Shown here: piece after piece, positions 29,493 through 44,559 of the stretch | Position numbering within the stretch: the stretch's first letter is position 1 | Layout of the letters: every line of letters begins with the position of its first letter | NCBI RefSeq assembly: GCF_009914755.1 | Contig: NC_060942.1 | From: the human T2T-CHM13v2.0 reference genome, Homo sapiens | Length of the DNA: 64,000 bases | Strand: one strand, 5' to 3' | Program-made: the position numbers and the translations under genes | Notes under the pieces: model-generated | The model's database searches: none | What the model was told of the DNA's origin: nothing | The model's input: only the letters and a program-made list of their open reading frames with translations

Positions 29493-30619
29493 TTAAGCAC
29501 AGTTTTTCTACAGAATGAGAACCAAAGCAACACTGCCCAAAATGATACAGACAAACATTCCTGTGGTGTGGGTGTGGCAGAAGAACCTTTATCATGCTTA
29601 CCGTGCCATCCTACATCTGTTACATTAAACTAAAGTGTTCATATGAGAACTTAGGTTGTCATTTATTTTTGTTTACTATAGGTTAATACTATCATATTTA
29701 AGCATAGGCACGGATTTATTTTGGCATTTTAACAGTCGAAAACACCATGTCAGTGGGTACTAACTCTGTTCATAAATTATTTCCATACAGGAGAGAAGGG
29801 TATAAAGCTCGGAGATGGCTTGACAACGGGCTTAGGATAGGGTTACAATGCCTCTTTTACTCATTGAAGTGGTAACCTAAAAAGAAAGAAAGGAATGTAC
29901 ATAGAGCAGTTTGTTTTCTGGCAAAACCAAATTTGCTCCTCCTTATAATAGCAACATCAAAGTGAACTGTCAAAATGTGCCTGGCATTAAAATGGCTGTG
30001 TCGCAACATCATCTACCCATAGGAAGTGTTAAGAGATAAGATCCAACAGGTAGATCAGAGCCAAATAGCATCTGTCTATGGAGTACACTATAATTAATTC
30101 TATAGGATAAAAGTAATTACTGGGATTTTGTCAGGGGGGCACTATAGTGGAAGTGGTGTTTCGGAAAGATTAATTTAATCCATACCAGGATAGTTTAGAG
30201 TGTGTAGATTATAAAGTAAAAGGTCAGTTAATAACCTGTTATCATTATCTAGGATTAAAATAAATGTCATAGAGGGAGCAGACAATGGAAATGAGAAGAG
30301 CTATATTCAAACATTGAAAATACAGGATCAAGACAATTACTATACAATAGAGATGACAACAGCAAGGAATAGTAAACAGAACATTCAGGTTTGCTTTTGC
30401 TCATATGAATATAAATTCAAATCTAGGCAACCCAGAGCTGATGCAGTTGCTTAAAGTTACTCTCAGGGACTTGGGTTCAATCTGCTTTCCAGACAGGAAT
30501 GGGGGAAAGGGGAAAGAGTTAGAACAAGCAGCACTGGTCCCGTTTATCAAGAAAGGAAAATAATTACACTAAATTGTTTTAAACTTTCCCTTTCGTCTTA
30601 TCATTATAACTACTTCCCG

Positions 30620-30995
30620 GGGCCACTGATTGCAGATCACAGTGGGAGGTATCAGCATGCTCCCCCTTCTCCTGGCAGGCCTGTTGGGTGGGGCCAGTGA
30701 GTACCATCAGGAGACTGAGATATCAGAATGCTTATTATTTCTCTGACTCTCCCAGTTTGGCCACAGTCTGGAAGTGACAACTGCTTGCAAAGGTAGAAAA
30801 TTTCTGTCAGATGGACCCTCTCCTACAGTTTCAGCTCTCACAGGGATAAATGGTAACCATTCTCCCTTCTTGCCCCTTTTGGCTTTCCTTTTTGGGTTTT
30901 CTTAACCCAGCACACACTTTTGGGAACAGTCCCTCATTTCTTCAATTACCCCTTTTATGTGTGCTACTAGTTTCCTGCTAAACTAGACGAATATG
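30620..30995 (+). mobile_element. ERVL LTR (LTR33-like)
   Basis: 3' portion cttaacccagcacacacttttgggaacagtccctc...ttacccc...gtgtgctactagtttcctgc resembles the recalled LTR33 terminus. Confidence 0.55.
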
Positions 30996-32004
30996 TGAAA
31001 AAATTAAATAATTTTGATTATAAAACTGCCTCTGAATAAATTGGGGTAAAATAAATGAAGAGATGTTGTATAGGAAGTTAACAAATAAAAATCCTCTTGG
31101 GTAATATAAAAATGAAACAAATTCTCAAATTTAGATGAAAATATGACCTAAGAAACATTGTATAGAGCCAATAAACTGTTTCTATGTGAAGGTGCATGAA
31201 ATGTCTTATGATTTTAAGGATTTAGATATAGAGGGCATACAAAAATGTATCATCATTGTGTTTATCCCTTTAAAAAATATTTTGCATAATCTTATCAAAT
31301 TCAGGTATAGTTGCTTTGAAATTAGTTCAAATAGATGTAATTAAAAATAACTTTTTGAAAATATAATTCCTAAACTGAGTGAAATGTCAGAAGTATTCTG
31401 AAAAATAATACTAACGTTCAAATGTTTCAAAACAATAATCAGGATTTTACATCAGAAATTATAGTAAGATGGAGAAATAAGAGAAAGATCACTTTTGAAG
31501 AACGTTTCACAAGGGAAGTATTTGCTATGCTTCTTATTCCAAATTGCAAGGACTTAAAATTTCATTCTTGAACCTAATCACTAATAAACCATTTAAAAGA
31601 ATAATTCTGAAAAAAGTAAAACATAACCATGAGCAGAATTTAAACAAAATATTCTCCAAAACACTACCGGGGTTTTGTCAGGGAGGGGGAGAGGCAGGAA
31701 ACAAAGTATTCACATCAAAGGACAAAAGCAAAGGAAACATGAACAAATCATAGGGGACAAAACAGAGACAAATGTTGAGGTTATAACAACAATTGCAAAT
31801 AAAATTTTAAAACTCCTAATCAAACAACAAACAAGAAACCAGAGACTCTTGACTGATGGGGTCAGGCAATCATGTAACCTCTAACAGTCATGCCCTATAC
31901 AAACTTACTACAAATAATATAGGTAACATTATAGGCAATGTAAATACAATTCAAGGCAAAAATCATTAAGTGGTACAATATTAATCATGCTACATAAGTA
32001 GTAA

Positions 32005-33025
32005 TGTAATCAGAAAGGGGTTCCGATCCGGACACCAAAAGAGGGTTCTTGGATATTGGGCAAGAAACAAATTGAGGCAAGTACACAGAGTAAAGTGAAA
32101 GCAAGTTTATTGAGAAAGTAAATGTCTCATGTGTCTCCACGTGAAGAGACCACCAAACAGGCTTTGTGTGAGCAACAAGGCTGTTTATTTCATCTGGGTG
32201 CAGGCGGGCTGAGTCCGAAAAGAGTCAGCAAAGGGTGGTGGGATCAACATTAGTTCTTACAGGTTTTGCGATAGGCAGTGGAGTTAGGAGCAGTGTTTTG
32301 GGGGCAGGGGGTGGATCTCAGAAAGTACATTCTCAAGGGTGGGGAGAATTACAAAGAACCTTCTTAAGGGTGGGGGAGATTATAAAGAACCTTCTTAAGT
32401 GTGGGGGATATTACAAAGTACATTGATCAGTTAGGGTGGGCCAGAAACAAATCACAATGGTGGAATGTCATCAGTTAAGGCTATTTTCACTTCTTTTGTG
32501 GATCTTCAGTTGCTTCAGGCCATCTGGATGTATGCGTGCAATTCACTGGGGATATGATGGCTTAGCCTGGGCCCAGAGGCCTGACAGTAAAGAAATAAAG
32601 AATGGCTACTCCATAGGAAAAGCAGCCCCGAGGGCTGCTGGTTGCCCATTTTTATGGTTATTTCTTGATGATATGCTAAACAGGGGTGGATTATTCATGC
32701 CTCCCCCTTTTAGACCACACAGGGTAACTTCCTAACATTGCCATGGCATCTGTAAACTGTCACGGTCCTGGTAGGAGTGTAGCAGTGAGGACGATGGAGA
32801 TCACTCTCGTTGCCATCTTGGTATTGGTGGGTTTTAGCTGGCTTCTTTTTTATCAGCAAACTGTTTTATTGCCAAGGCCTTAATGACCTGTATCTTGTGC
32901 TGACCTCCTGTCTCATTCTGAGACAGACTGCCTAACCTTCTGGGAATACAGCCAAGTAAGTTTCAGCCTCATTTTATCCAGCTCCTATTCAAAATGGAGT
33001 TGCTCTGGTTCAAACGCCTCTAACA
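32005..33025 (-). mobile_element. MER41A solo LTR (ERV1), split by an LTR7B
   Basis: Minus strand starts TGTTAGAGGCGTTTGAACCAGAGCAACTCCATTTTGAATAGG. Perfect 4-bp TSD GTAA at 32001-32004 and 33026-33029. Lacks the MER41B tandem GAS insert (junction attcatg|cctccccc at ~32700). Confidence 0.92.
32123..32586 (-). mobile_element. HERV-H solo LTR, LTR7B-like (464 bp)
   Basis: Minus strand starts TGTCAGGCCTCTGGGCCCAGGCTAAGCCATCATATCCCC. Three ~31-32 bp U3 repeats (32330-32425). Perfect 5-bp TSD GTAAA at 32118-32122 and 32587-32591. Confidence 0.92.
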
Positions 33026-35068
33026 GTAAGAAATGTCATAATATAATCAAATTTATTCTGAAACTCTTTGTGATAAATGAAACTGAAAGAAATTATAAAT
33101 CCCAGTTAAAATAAAAGGAAATATTGACATAAATTCTAAAGTCATAGGAACTAAATTTTTCATGTATGCTAACATGTAAAAAAGCATAGAAATTTGAATA
33201 TCAATTTTATATTATATGGATTATGCCCATAATATATAAGAAAACATGTGTGTTGATAAAAAGCATTTTCAAACTTTTATATCATGAGACTAAAAGGACA
33301 TACTTACACTAAATGACCTCTAGTTCCCTTAGAGATAAAGATTGAATCAATTTTTTTATTTTTCTGCTGAATTTCAAAATTGATGCATCAGTTAGTAAGT
33401 TACTCCCTGGATGCACAAGCGTATTTTTCTCTTTCCTTTTTTTGAACTTGCATCATGTCTTTCAGGCCACTAGGGTAACATCTAAAAAATTATCGCTTCA
33501 GTGGCTCTTCACAGAAAACACTTTTGAGAGTTACTTTCAATGTTATATTCTGGGCAACTGCCAGAAAATTACAAGACATTTTCCTTGTAGTATTTTGTCA
33601 TTTTAGGCGTCCAGCTTTGGCTCAAAACCCAAAGAGAAGATGAGAAAAAGTTCAAATCTCTTAACATTGAGGAATTTATAAAACCCCAAGTAAAAGTTAA
33701 TTCCTAAAGCACTCACTGACAGCAGACACAACTGTTATGTCTTTATACACAGGTTGTTGACAAAATATGTTTGTATATCTGAACTTAATTTTTAATTAAC
33801 CAACCACATTTTCTTAAACTGAACTGTCCATTAAATAAGAGACATTAGAAAAACTATTAAAAATTTTAATAAAATTGCTTTGTAAAATGTACATTTTCGT
33901 TATCTGCAACACTCCTCTCACAACCATTTCCTGGGCAGAATTTCCTATTTCTTAGCTTTGTCATATTAGGATGGAAATAATAGAGTAATGTATCTGAGAA
34001 TGGTGATTACTGTGATCTATTGGAATAGTGTACTCTCCTATGAGAAAAAAAATAACCATTTAAGAAGTTAAATAATGTGTAATTACGGCCATTTAGAATA
34101 TATTACATATTGCATCATATCATTAATCTTTTCCTCTGAATTTTACCTTCTGCATCTAAGATACTGAAAAATATATTTTGAGTTTACCAAATTACATCAT
34201 AATGTATACATATTGAGTTAAATTGAATCTATTTCTAAAAGATAACTTCTATATAGTTAACATTTATAATAAATACATATAATATATTTTTAAGTGTAAA
34301 ATAGTGAATACAAGTACCCACTGCCCAGAATGAGAACTTGAATAGTGTTTGGTTTTGTTTTTAATCAGCATAAATGGGAATGCAAACTTAAGGTTGTGGC
34401 TGGGATAAAAATGTAATGTAATTTATAAGGATAAATTTTTACTATCCTAGACAGAAATATGCAAATGTAAAGAATAAGAAAGAAAATTTAGTTAAAATAT
34501 TAAGGATCCACTATGTTATCTGATACATCTCATGATGTCAAGGCTTAAAGTGCATTCACTCTCCAGTTCCTTAGGAAAGCCTCTAGTTTGCTTTACCTTC
34601 TTTCTAAAAAATAGTTTGACCTGTTTAGATTCAGGGGTATGTGTGCAGGTTTGTTACATTGTGTGATGCTGAAGTTTGGGATACAAATGACCGCATCCCC
34701 CAAGCAGTGAGTATAGTACTCAATAGCTAATAGCTAGCATTTCAATCCATGCCCCATTACCTCTCTCCCCTCTCTAGTAGTCTGCAGTTATCTATTATGT
34801 TTATGAGTGCTCAACGTTTAGCTCCTGCTTATAAGTGAGAACATGTAGCATTTGGTTGTCTGTTCCTGCATTAATTTGCTTAGGATAATGGCCTCCAGCT
34901 GCATCCATGTTGCTGCAAAGGACATGATTTCATTCTTTACTATGGCTTCATAGTATTTCATGGTGTATATGTATCACATTTCTCTATCCAATCTTCTGTT
35001 GATGGGCACAAGTTGATGGACACTCCATGTCTTTTCTATTGTGAATAGTGCTGCAATGAACATACAAA

Positions 35069-35072
<4 letters not shown>

Positions 35073-35118
<46 letters not shown>

Positions 35119-35125
35119 ATATATA
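35073..35125. repeat. (CT)n(AT)n microsatellite within L1
   Basis: Read directly from the sequence. Confidence 0.9.
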
Positions 35126-38100
35126 TGTACATACAAACACACACAAACAATATTGAGATTGAGATTGCTGGGTCGAATGGTAGCTCTAAGTTCTTTGAGA
35201 AGTATCCAAACTGCTTTTCACAGTGGCTGAATTGATTTACATTTCCACTAACAGTAAATAAGCATTCCCCTTTTATAACAGAGCTTTGCCAGCATCTGTT
35301 ATTTTTTGACTTTTTAATTGTAGCCGTTCTGACTGGTGTGAGATGGTATCTCATTTGGTTTAGATTTGCATTTCTCTGATGGTTACCAATGATGAGCATT
35401 TTTTCATGTTTGTTGGCTATGAGTAGGACTTCTTTTGAGAAGTATCTGTTCATATCTTTTGCTCACTTTGAATGAGATTGTTTTTGCTTGTTGAATTGTT
35501 TAAATTCTTTATAGAGTATGGATAATGGACCTTTGTCAGTTCATAGTTTGCAAATATTTTCTCCTATTCTGTAAGTTGTCTATTTACTCTGTCGTTAGCT
35601 TTTTTAGCTGTGCAGAAGCTCTTTAGCTTAATTAGGTCTCACTTGTCAATTTTTGTTTATGTTGCAATTGTTTTTGAGGACTTAATCATAAATTCTTTAC
35701 CAAGGCTGAGTCTAGAACGGTGTTTCCTAGATTATCTTTTAGGATTCTTATAATTTGAAGACCAACATTTAAATCTTTAATCCATCTTGAGTTAATTTTT
35801 GTATGTGGTGAAAGGTAAGGGTCCTGCATATGGCTAGCCAGCTGTACCAGCACCATTTATTGAATAGTGAGTCATTTCCCAATTGCTTATTGTTGTCAAC
35901 TTTGTGAAGGTCAGATGGCTGTGGGTGTGAAGCTATATTTCTGGGTTCTCTATTCTCTGTCCTGTTCCATTGGTATATGTGTCTGTTTTTATGCCAGTAC
36001 AATGCTGTTTTGGTTATACTGTGGTTTGTTTATAGTACAGTTGGAAGTCAGTAATGTAATTTCTCTGACTTTGTTCTTCTTGCTTCAGATTGCTTTTGCT
36101 GTTCGGACTCTTTTTTGATTCCATACTAGTTTCAGAATTGCTTTTCCTAATTCTGTGAAAAATAAAGTTGGTAGTTTGATAGAAATACTTTGAAACTGTA
36201 GATAGCCTTGGGAAGTATGGTCATTTGAATGACACTGATTCTTCCAATACATGAGCGTGGAATTTTTTTTCATTTGTTCATGTCATCTACAATTTCTTTC
36301 ATCAGTGTTTTGTAGTTCTCCTCACAGAAGTCTTTCATCTCCTTGCTTGATGTAGTTCTAGGTATTTTATTTTTATGTGGGATTACATTTTTGACTTGGC
36401 TCTCAGCTTGAATGTTATTGTTGTATATAAATGCTGTTGATTTGTGTACAATATTTTTGTATCCTGAAAAATTACTGAAGACATTTATCAGTACCAGTAG
36501 CCTTTTGGTGGAGTCTTTAGGGTTTTCTAGGTGTAGAATCAGCAAAAAAAAAGAGATAGTTTGACTCTTTTTTTTTTTTTTTTTCTATGTGGATCCCTTT
36601 TCTTTGTTTCTCCTGCCTGACTCCTCTGGCTAGGACTTCTAGTACTACATTGAACAGTAGTAGTGAGAGTGGGCATCCTTGTCTTGTTCCAGTTCTTAAG
36701 GGGAATGCTTCCATTTTTTGCCTCTTCAATATGATGTTGGCTGTAGGATTATCATAGATTGCGCTTATTGAGGTATGTTCCTTTTATGTCTAATTTTTTT
36801 AGGGTTATCATTATGAAGGGTTGTTAGATTATATTGCACGCTTCTTCCATGTCTATTGAGATGATCATATGGTTTTGGTTTTTAATTCTGTTTATGTGGT
36901 GAATCATATACATTAATTTGCATATGTTGAATCTAACTTGCATGCCAGGAATGAAGCCTACTAGATCATAATGAATTCATTTTGATGTGCTGCTAAAATC
37001 AGCTTGGTAGTATCTTGTTAAGGATATTTGTGTTTATGTTCATCAGGGATACTGACCTATTTTTGTTTTTGCTTTTGTTTTTGTTTTGCTTCTTTGTGTC
37101 TTTGCCAGGTTTTGATATCAGGGTGATGCAGGCTTCATAGAATGAGTTAGGGAGAAGATCCTCTTCCTTGATTTTTTGTAATAGTTGAACTGGTATGAAG
37201 TTTTCTTTGTACATCTGGTAGAAGTCAGCTATGACTCCATCTGGTCCAGGGCTTTTTTTTTTTTTTTTTTTTTTGGTTGGTAGGGTTTTTTAAAATTGCT
37301 GATTCAATTGCAGAACTCAATATTGGCCTGGTCACATTTTAAATTTGTTCCTGATTCAATCTTGGGAGGTTGTGTGTCTCCAGGAATTTATCCATTTCCT
37401 CTAGACTTTCTAGTTTGTGTGCATAGAGGTGTTCATAATAGTCTCAAGATTTTTTGTATTTCTGTTAGATCAATTGTAATGTCACCTTTGTTTCTGATTA
37501 TGGTTAAAAGGATGTTCTCATTTTTTCTTTGTTAATCTAGCTAGTGGTCTATCAATCTTCTTTATCCTTTCAAATAACCAACTTTTGGTTTTATCAATTC
37601 TTTGTGTAAATTTTTGAGTCTCAATTTTGTTCAGTTCTGCTCGGATTTTAGTAATTTATTTTCTTCTGCTAACTTTGGGGCTGGTATATTTTGATTTTTC
37701 TAGTTCCTCTAGCTGTGATGTTACATTGTTAATCTGCGATCTTTCTAATTTTTGAGGTGGGCATTTAGCACTATAAATTTTCCTCTTAACACTGCTTTTT
37801 TCTGCATCCCAGAGATTTTGGTATGTTGTGTCTCTATTTTCATTTATTTCCAAGAATTTATTTTTTGTTTTATCAATTTCATTTTTTAAACAAAAGTCAT
37901 TCAGGAACAAGTTGTTTCATTTCTATGTATTGTGTGGTTTTGGGAGATCTTCTTAGTATTGACTTCTATTTTTGTTCCACTATGGTCTGAGTATGGTTGG
38001 TAAGATTTTGATTTATTTGATTATTCAACATTATGAATGGCTGAGCATGTGACTTTACGTTCAAGCATGTGACTGATCTTGAAGTATGTTCTGTGTGCAG

Positions 38101-39402
38101 ATGAAAATAATGTATATTTTGTGGTTGATGGGTGGAGTGTTCTGTAGATGTCCAGTAGGTCTACTTAGTCAAGCATTGAATTTAAGTCCAGAATTTCTTT
38201 GTTAGTTTTCTGTCTCAATAATCTGTCTAATGCTGTCAGTGAGCTGTTGAAGACCCCACTATTAGTATGTGGCTCTTTAAGTCTTCTCCTAGGTCTAGAA
38301 GCAGTTGTTTTATAAGGTTGAGTGCTCCAATGTTGGGTGTATATATATTTAGGATAGTTAAGTCTTCTTGTTGAATAGAACCCTTTATCATTCTGTAATG
38401 CCTTTCTTCTACCTTTTTTACTGTTATTGGTTTAAAGTCTATTTTATCTGTTGCAAGAATAGTGACCCCTGCTCTTTTTTTGTTTTCTATTTACATGATG
38501 GATCTTTCTCCAACCCTATGCTTTGAACCTATGGGTATCATTACATGTGAGATGGGTCTCTTGAAGACAGCAGATGGATGAATCTTTTTCTTTTTTAATC
38601 CAGCTTGCATCTTTGTGCCCTTTAAATTGGATGTTTAGACTGTTTACATGCAAAGTTAATATTGATATGTGAGGTTTTGATCCAATCTTGGAGCTGTTAA
38701 TGGTTGCTTTGAAGTTTCTATGTTATTGTTGCTTTATAGGATCTGTGGGTTCTGTACTTAAATGTGTTTTTGTGGTAGCTGGTATTGTTCTTTTGTTTAC
38801 ATATTTAGAATTCCCTTAACAATCTCTTGTAATACTAATCTAGTGGTAACAAGTTCCCTTAGCAGTTGCTTGTCTGAAAAATACTTTATTTTTCCTTTTA
38901 TGAAGCTTAATTTGGTGGGACATGAAATTCTTGGTTGGTTGGAATTTCTTGTCTTTGAGAATGCTGGAAGTATGTCCCCAATCTTCCCTGGCTGGTAAGG
39001 TTTCTGCTGAGAAATCTGCCGTTAGCCTGACGGGGTTCCTTTTGTACATGATTTGACATTTTTCTCTAGGTGACTTTAAGATTTTTTCTTTAGCATTGAC
39101 TTTGGGCAGTCTGGTGACTATATGCCTTGGGGATATTCATTTTGTATATTATGTTGCAGGTGTTCTCTGGTTTTCTTGTATCTGGATGTCTACCTCTCTA
39201 GCAAGATTAGAAAAACTTTCTTGAATTATTCCATCAAATATGTTTTCCAGGTTGTTTACCTTTTCTCCTTTTCTCTCAGGAATGCCAATAATTTATCACC
39301 TTGGTTGCTTTACATAGTCTCATATTTCTTGAAGACTGTTCATTTTTTAAAATCCCTTTTAAAATTATTTTTGTCCAAGTTAGTTTGAAAAATCAGTCTT
39401 CA

Positions 39403-39712
<310 letters not shown>

Positions 39713-39724
39713 CTAAATTTCTTT

Positions 39725-40033
39725 TTCTTCTTCTTCTTTTTTTTTTTTTTTTTGACAGGGTCTCACTCTGTCACCAAGGCTAAAGTACAGTGGCATGATG
39801 TCAGCTCACTGCAACCTCTGCCTCCCAGGCCCAAGTGATTCTCCTGCCTCAGCCTCCTGAGTAGCTGGGGCTACAGGTGCCTACCACCATGCCCAGCTAA
39901 TTTTTATATTTTTAGTAGAGATAAGGTTTCACCATGTTGATCAGGCTGGTCTTGAACTCCTCAACTCAAGTGATCCGCTCACCTCGGCCTCTGAAAGTGC
40001 TGGAATTACAGGCAGGAGTCACCATGACTGGCC
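39725..40033 (-). mobile_element. AluS
   Basis: T-tail and complete dimer. TSD tctaaatttcttt at 39712-39724 and 40034-40046. Confidence 0.94.
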
Positions 40034-40971
40034 TCTAAATTTCTTTCTTCTGCTTAGTGAAGTCCGTTGATAAAGTTTTCACTTGTATTTTGAAAATCTT
40101 TGAGTTTTTCAACTTCAGAAGCTCTGATTGATTTCTTTTTAACATGTTTATATTTTCCTTCATTTCCTGGACTGATTAAGAAATTTCTATTTAATGATTT
40201 TCAACCTTGTCTTGGCTTTCAGTGAACTTCCTGGCTATCTATTCTTTGAATTCTTTATCTGTCATTTTTGAGTTTCCATTTGGCTAAGGACCTTTGTTGG
40301 AGAGCTAGTGCAATCTTTTGGTGGTGTCACTACATTCAGATTTTTTATGGTGCCAGATTTCATGCACTGGTTCCTTCTCATCTGGAGACACTGGAACTTC
40401 TAATTTTTGTAATTATTTTTTTGTAGGTAGAACTTTTGTTTTTCTTTCTTCCCATGTAATATTATGTATATTTTTTCTTTTCTTTTGCATTTTTTTTCCT
40501 TTCTTAGGGGGTGTGACTGAAGAGAATATTGGGTAGGGTCTTTTGGCTTTGCTTCTCTGTAGTCCTATGCACTTCTTTTGGTGAGTTTTTATTAGGCTGT
40601 GCGGTTTGACCTACAAGCCAGTAGATGGTGCTTATGAGTAAAAGGTGGTTGTAGCCAATGTGAGCGGATATATGCTTTATCCTTGCTTACTGGAGAGAGT
40701 TCTCTGTTGCCTCATGCAATGGACTTATCTTTGAGGTGCACAGTGGTCTGAGCTCCCTGCTCAGTCCTGGGGGTGTGGTGGAAAGATGGACAGGGCTGGA
40801 CTGGGTAGGCCTACCTACAGGTCCTGTGATGGCAGGCACAAACACTACTGCCAAGGGAGAATCCAGTGGGAAGCCACCAAGTGCCCAGAGGTGTACATAG
40901 TTCTGGAGTTAGAAACCTCCTTGGCGCCAAGTTCTCTGCATGGGGAGGGGGACGCAGCCTAAACTCCACAT

Positions 40972-41400
40972 CCAGGAGAGTGGGAGTTCCAGATGCCTGA
41001 AGATCTGCCTGGGCATGAAGCAGATAGAGCCTCCTGCACAGGAAGGCTGGGTAACTGAGGCTACTGAACCAGGCAAGCAGGTGCTCCAGGTGCCTGAAAA
41101 TCTGCCTGGATGTGAAGCAAAGAGGGCCCCCTGAACCCAGATCTCTCCACAAGAATGGTAGAGCAGCTCAGGCTGCTCATCCAGGCAAGTGGGTGCTCCA
41201 CATGGCTGAAGACCTGCTTAGGTGGGAAGTGGAGAGGGCCTCCTGCACCACAGTTTCTGCATAGGAAGGGTGAGAGAGCTCGGGCTGCTGGGCCAGGCAA
41301 GCAGGCACTCTGAATGTCTAGAGTTCTGACTGGAGACTCAGCAGAGAGGACTCCACTGCACCACAATCTCAGGGGAGCAGTCTGGACCACCCAGCAAGGA
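40972..41400. repeat. ~112-bp diverged tandem repeat (about 4 copies) in the L1 5'UTR
   Basis: ccaggcaag anchors at 41069, 41181 and 41293 (period 112); a related ccaggagag at 40972. Confidence 0.85.
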
Positions 41401-42319
41401 CATATACATGCTGGTTCCACATAGCCACATTGGCCCTGGCTGCAAGTCTCTTCAACCAGGAGAAACCACAGCTGTTGCAGCTCCCCTCCCACTCCAGGCT
41501 TGTGATGGGGAGAGCACAATTCTGCTGGGGCATTGTCCATAATTTTTGCTGTGGAAGCCTCTATCCTGCTTCAGAGAAGGCATTCCAATCTTCAACCTGA
41601 GACTAAATGTCTGAGGAATCATGCTGCAAGATCACCAAAGAATGACTTTGTATGCACGCTTATCAAAAATAGCATCCTACTTGCTCATGGGTCTGGGAAA
41701 ATGCCTGCAGCTTTTCCTGATGTCTTTCCTTCTGGGTGCCTCCAATCCTCTCCCCAAATTAGCTCCAGAGTTTGGGAGAAACAAAAGGGTTCTTTCCTGG
41801 CCTAGGCTGCTCAGATCCCCAGTGAAAAAGTGAGTCACAGAGGGAGGCTGTGTGTCTCTCCCACGCTGGGGCTTCACTCACTTTTGTCAGCCAAATACCA
41901 TCACAAGGGCTGTTTGCCTGCAATCTCCTCTTGGGGATCTGGGGTGTCCTTCATAATTTAGGTGGGTTCTTGTTTTCCTTCTGGAATTAAAGCTCACAGA
42001 GTTAATCTTTATGTACTACCTTGCTATTTCCAAGTGGCTGAGGTACACTGAAAGCCTCTAAACCACCATCTTTGGTGGCAGGGGGAAAGAAACAACAACA
42101 AAAACAACCAAACAAAAACCCTCTAATTTAAATTTTATGTTGTGTTTCATGGATCCAAGTGCAGAATAGACTTTGTCTGCTACAAGTTACATGAATATGG
42201 TAGACAGCCTTAAAAAGCTGGTATAAAATAGGATGAAGTGGAAAAGGAGGTAAAAGTCTAATATTCTACCAATTTGGAAAACAGAAAGGCCCAGAAAAGC
42301 AAGATAGAAATAAATAATA

Positions 42320-42425
42320 ATAAGAGTTAACAAATATTGAGTACTTACATTAAGCTAAGAATTCCTCTAAGAATACTGATATATTAACTTGTTTAATCCT
42401 GAGAACTATCCCGTGAAGTGGGGAG
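42320..42425 (-). mobile_element. MIR fragment
   Basis: aacaaatattgagtacttac...tttaatcctgagaactatcccgtgaagtgggg. Confidence 0.6.
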
Positions 42426-42429
42426 TATG

Positions 42430-43820
<1,391 letters not shown>

Positions 43821-44559
43821 ACCAATAAATTCACTTCTTTCCATATTCTCAGGGACACACAGAGACACCTTCGGCTGAAAGGCAGGCATAAGTTACCTAA
43901 GTAATTATCACATGCTGAGAAGGCATGTGCAATTTGTTTTCACAGCACAATGGAGAGGGCAGACAGCACTGCCAACAGAAAATCAGGAATCAGAAATGCT
44001 TCATGTAGAAGACTGCAGTTACTCTGTGACTCTGGGGATAATTAGGAAATCTCCAGGTGGTAAAAGAGGAGAAAGAGCACTCAGGCATCCTTAAAAAAAA
44101 AAAAAAAATCAAGAAGAACAAGCAAGCAAGCAACCTGGAAATACCTGGTACAACTTAAAGGTAGAATGGGATAAATTGAAGTAAATTAGGACATTAGAAA
44201 TATGACTACATTTTTAACTTTGGCTACAGTCTAAAGTCAATCACCTTCTCTCTCTTTCTGTCTCTCTCTGTCTCCCTATTTCTATCTCTCTCCCTCTCAC
44301 ACACAGCAATAGAGTGATTTTGACAGCGAAGGAAATGGAATAGGAACATTTATGGTTCAATAATTCATATGGAAGGGCTTAAAATATGCAAGATGAATCA
44401 AAAGAGATGCCAAAAGTTTCACGTTCACACTGTGTTTATTCAACAAACATACTTTTAAAACAATTTTAGTGTGTCTTGAAGAAGGGGTGGGTACTAGGGC
44501 AAACATCTTTGGCTTGCTAATCAAATATCTTTTCCTAATCCTTTTCCCCTTGCCTACCT

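Noticed and set aside
32001-33029. Shared GTAA in both LTR TSDs as sequence-specific targeting
   Set aside because: A 4-nt AT-rich match is easily coincidental, and ERV integrases have weak sequence preference.
31500-33290. Ancient L1M sequence flanking the MER41A
   Set aside because: A-rich and L1-like, but no diagnostic motif I can confirm by eye.
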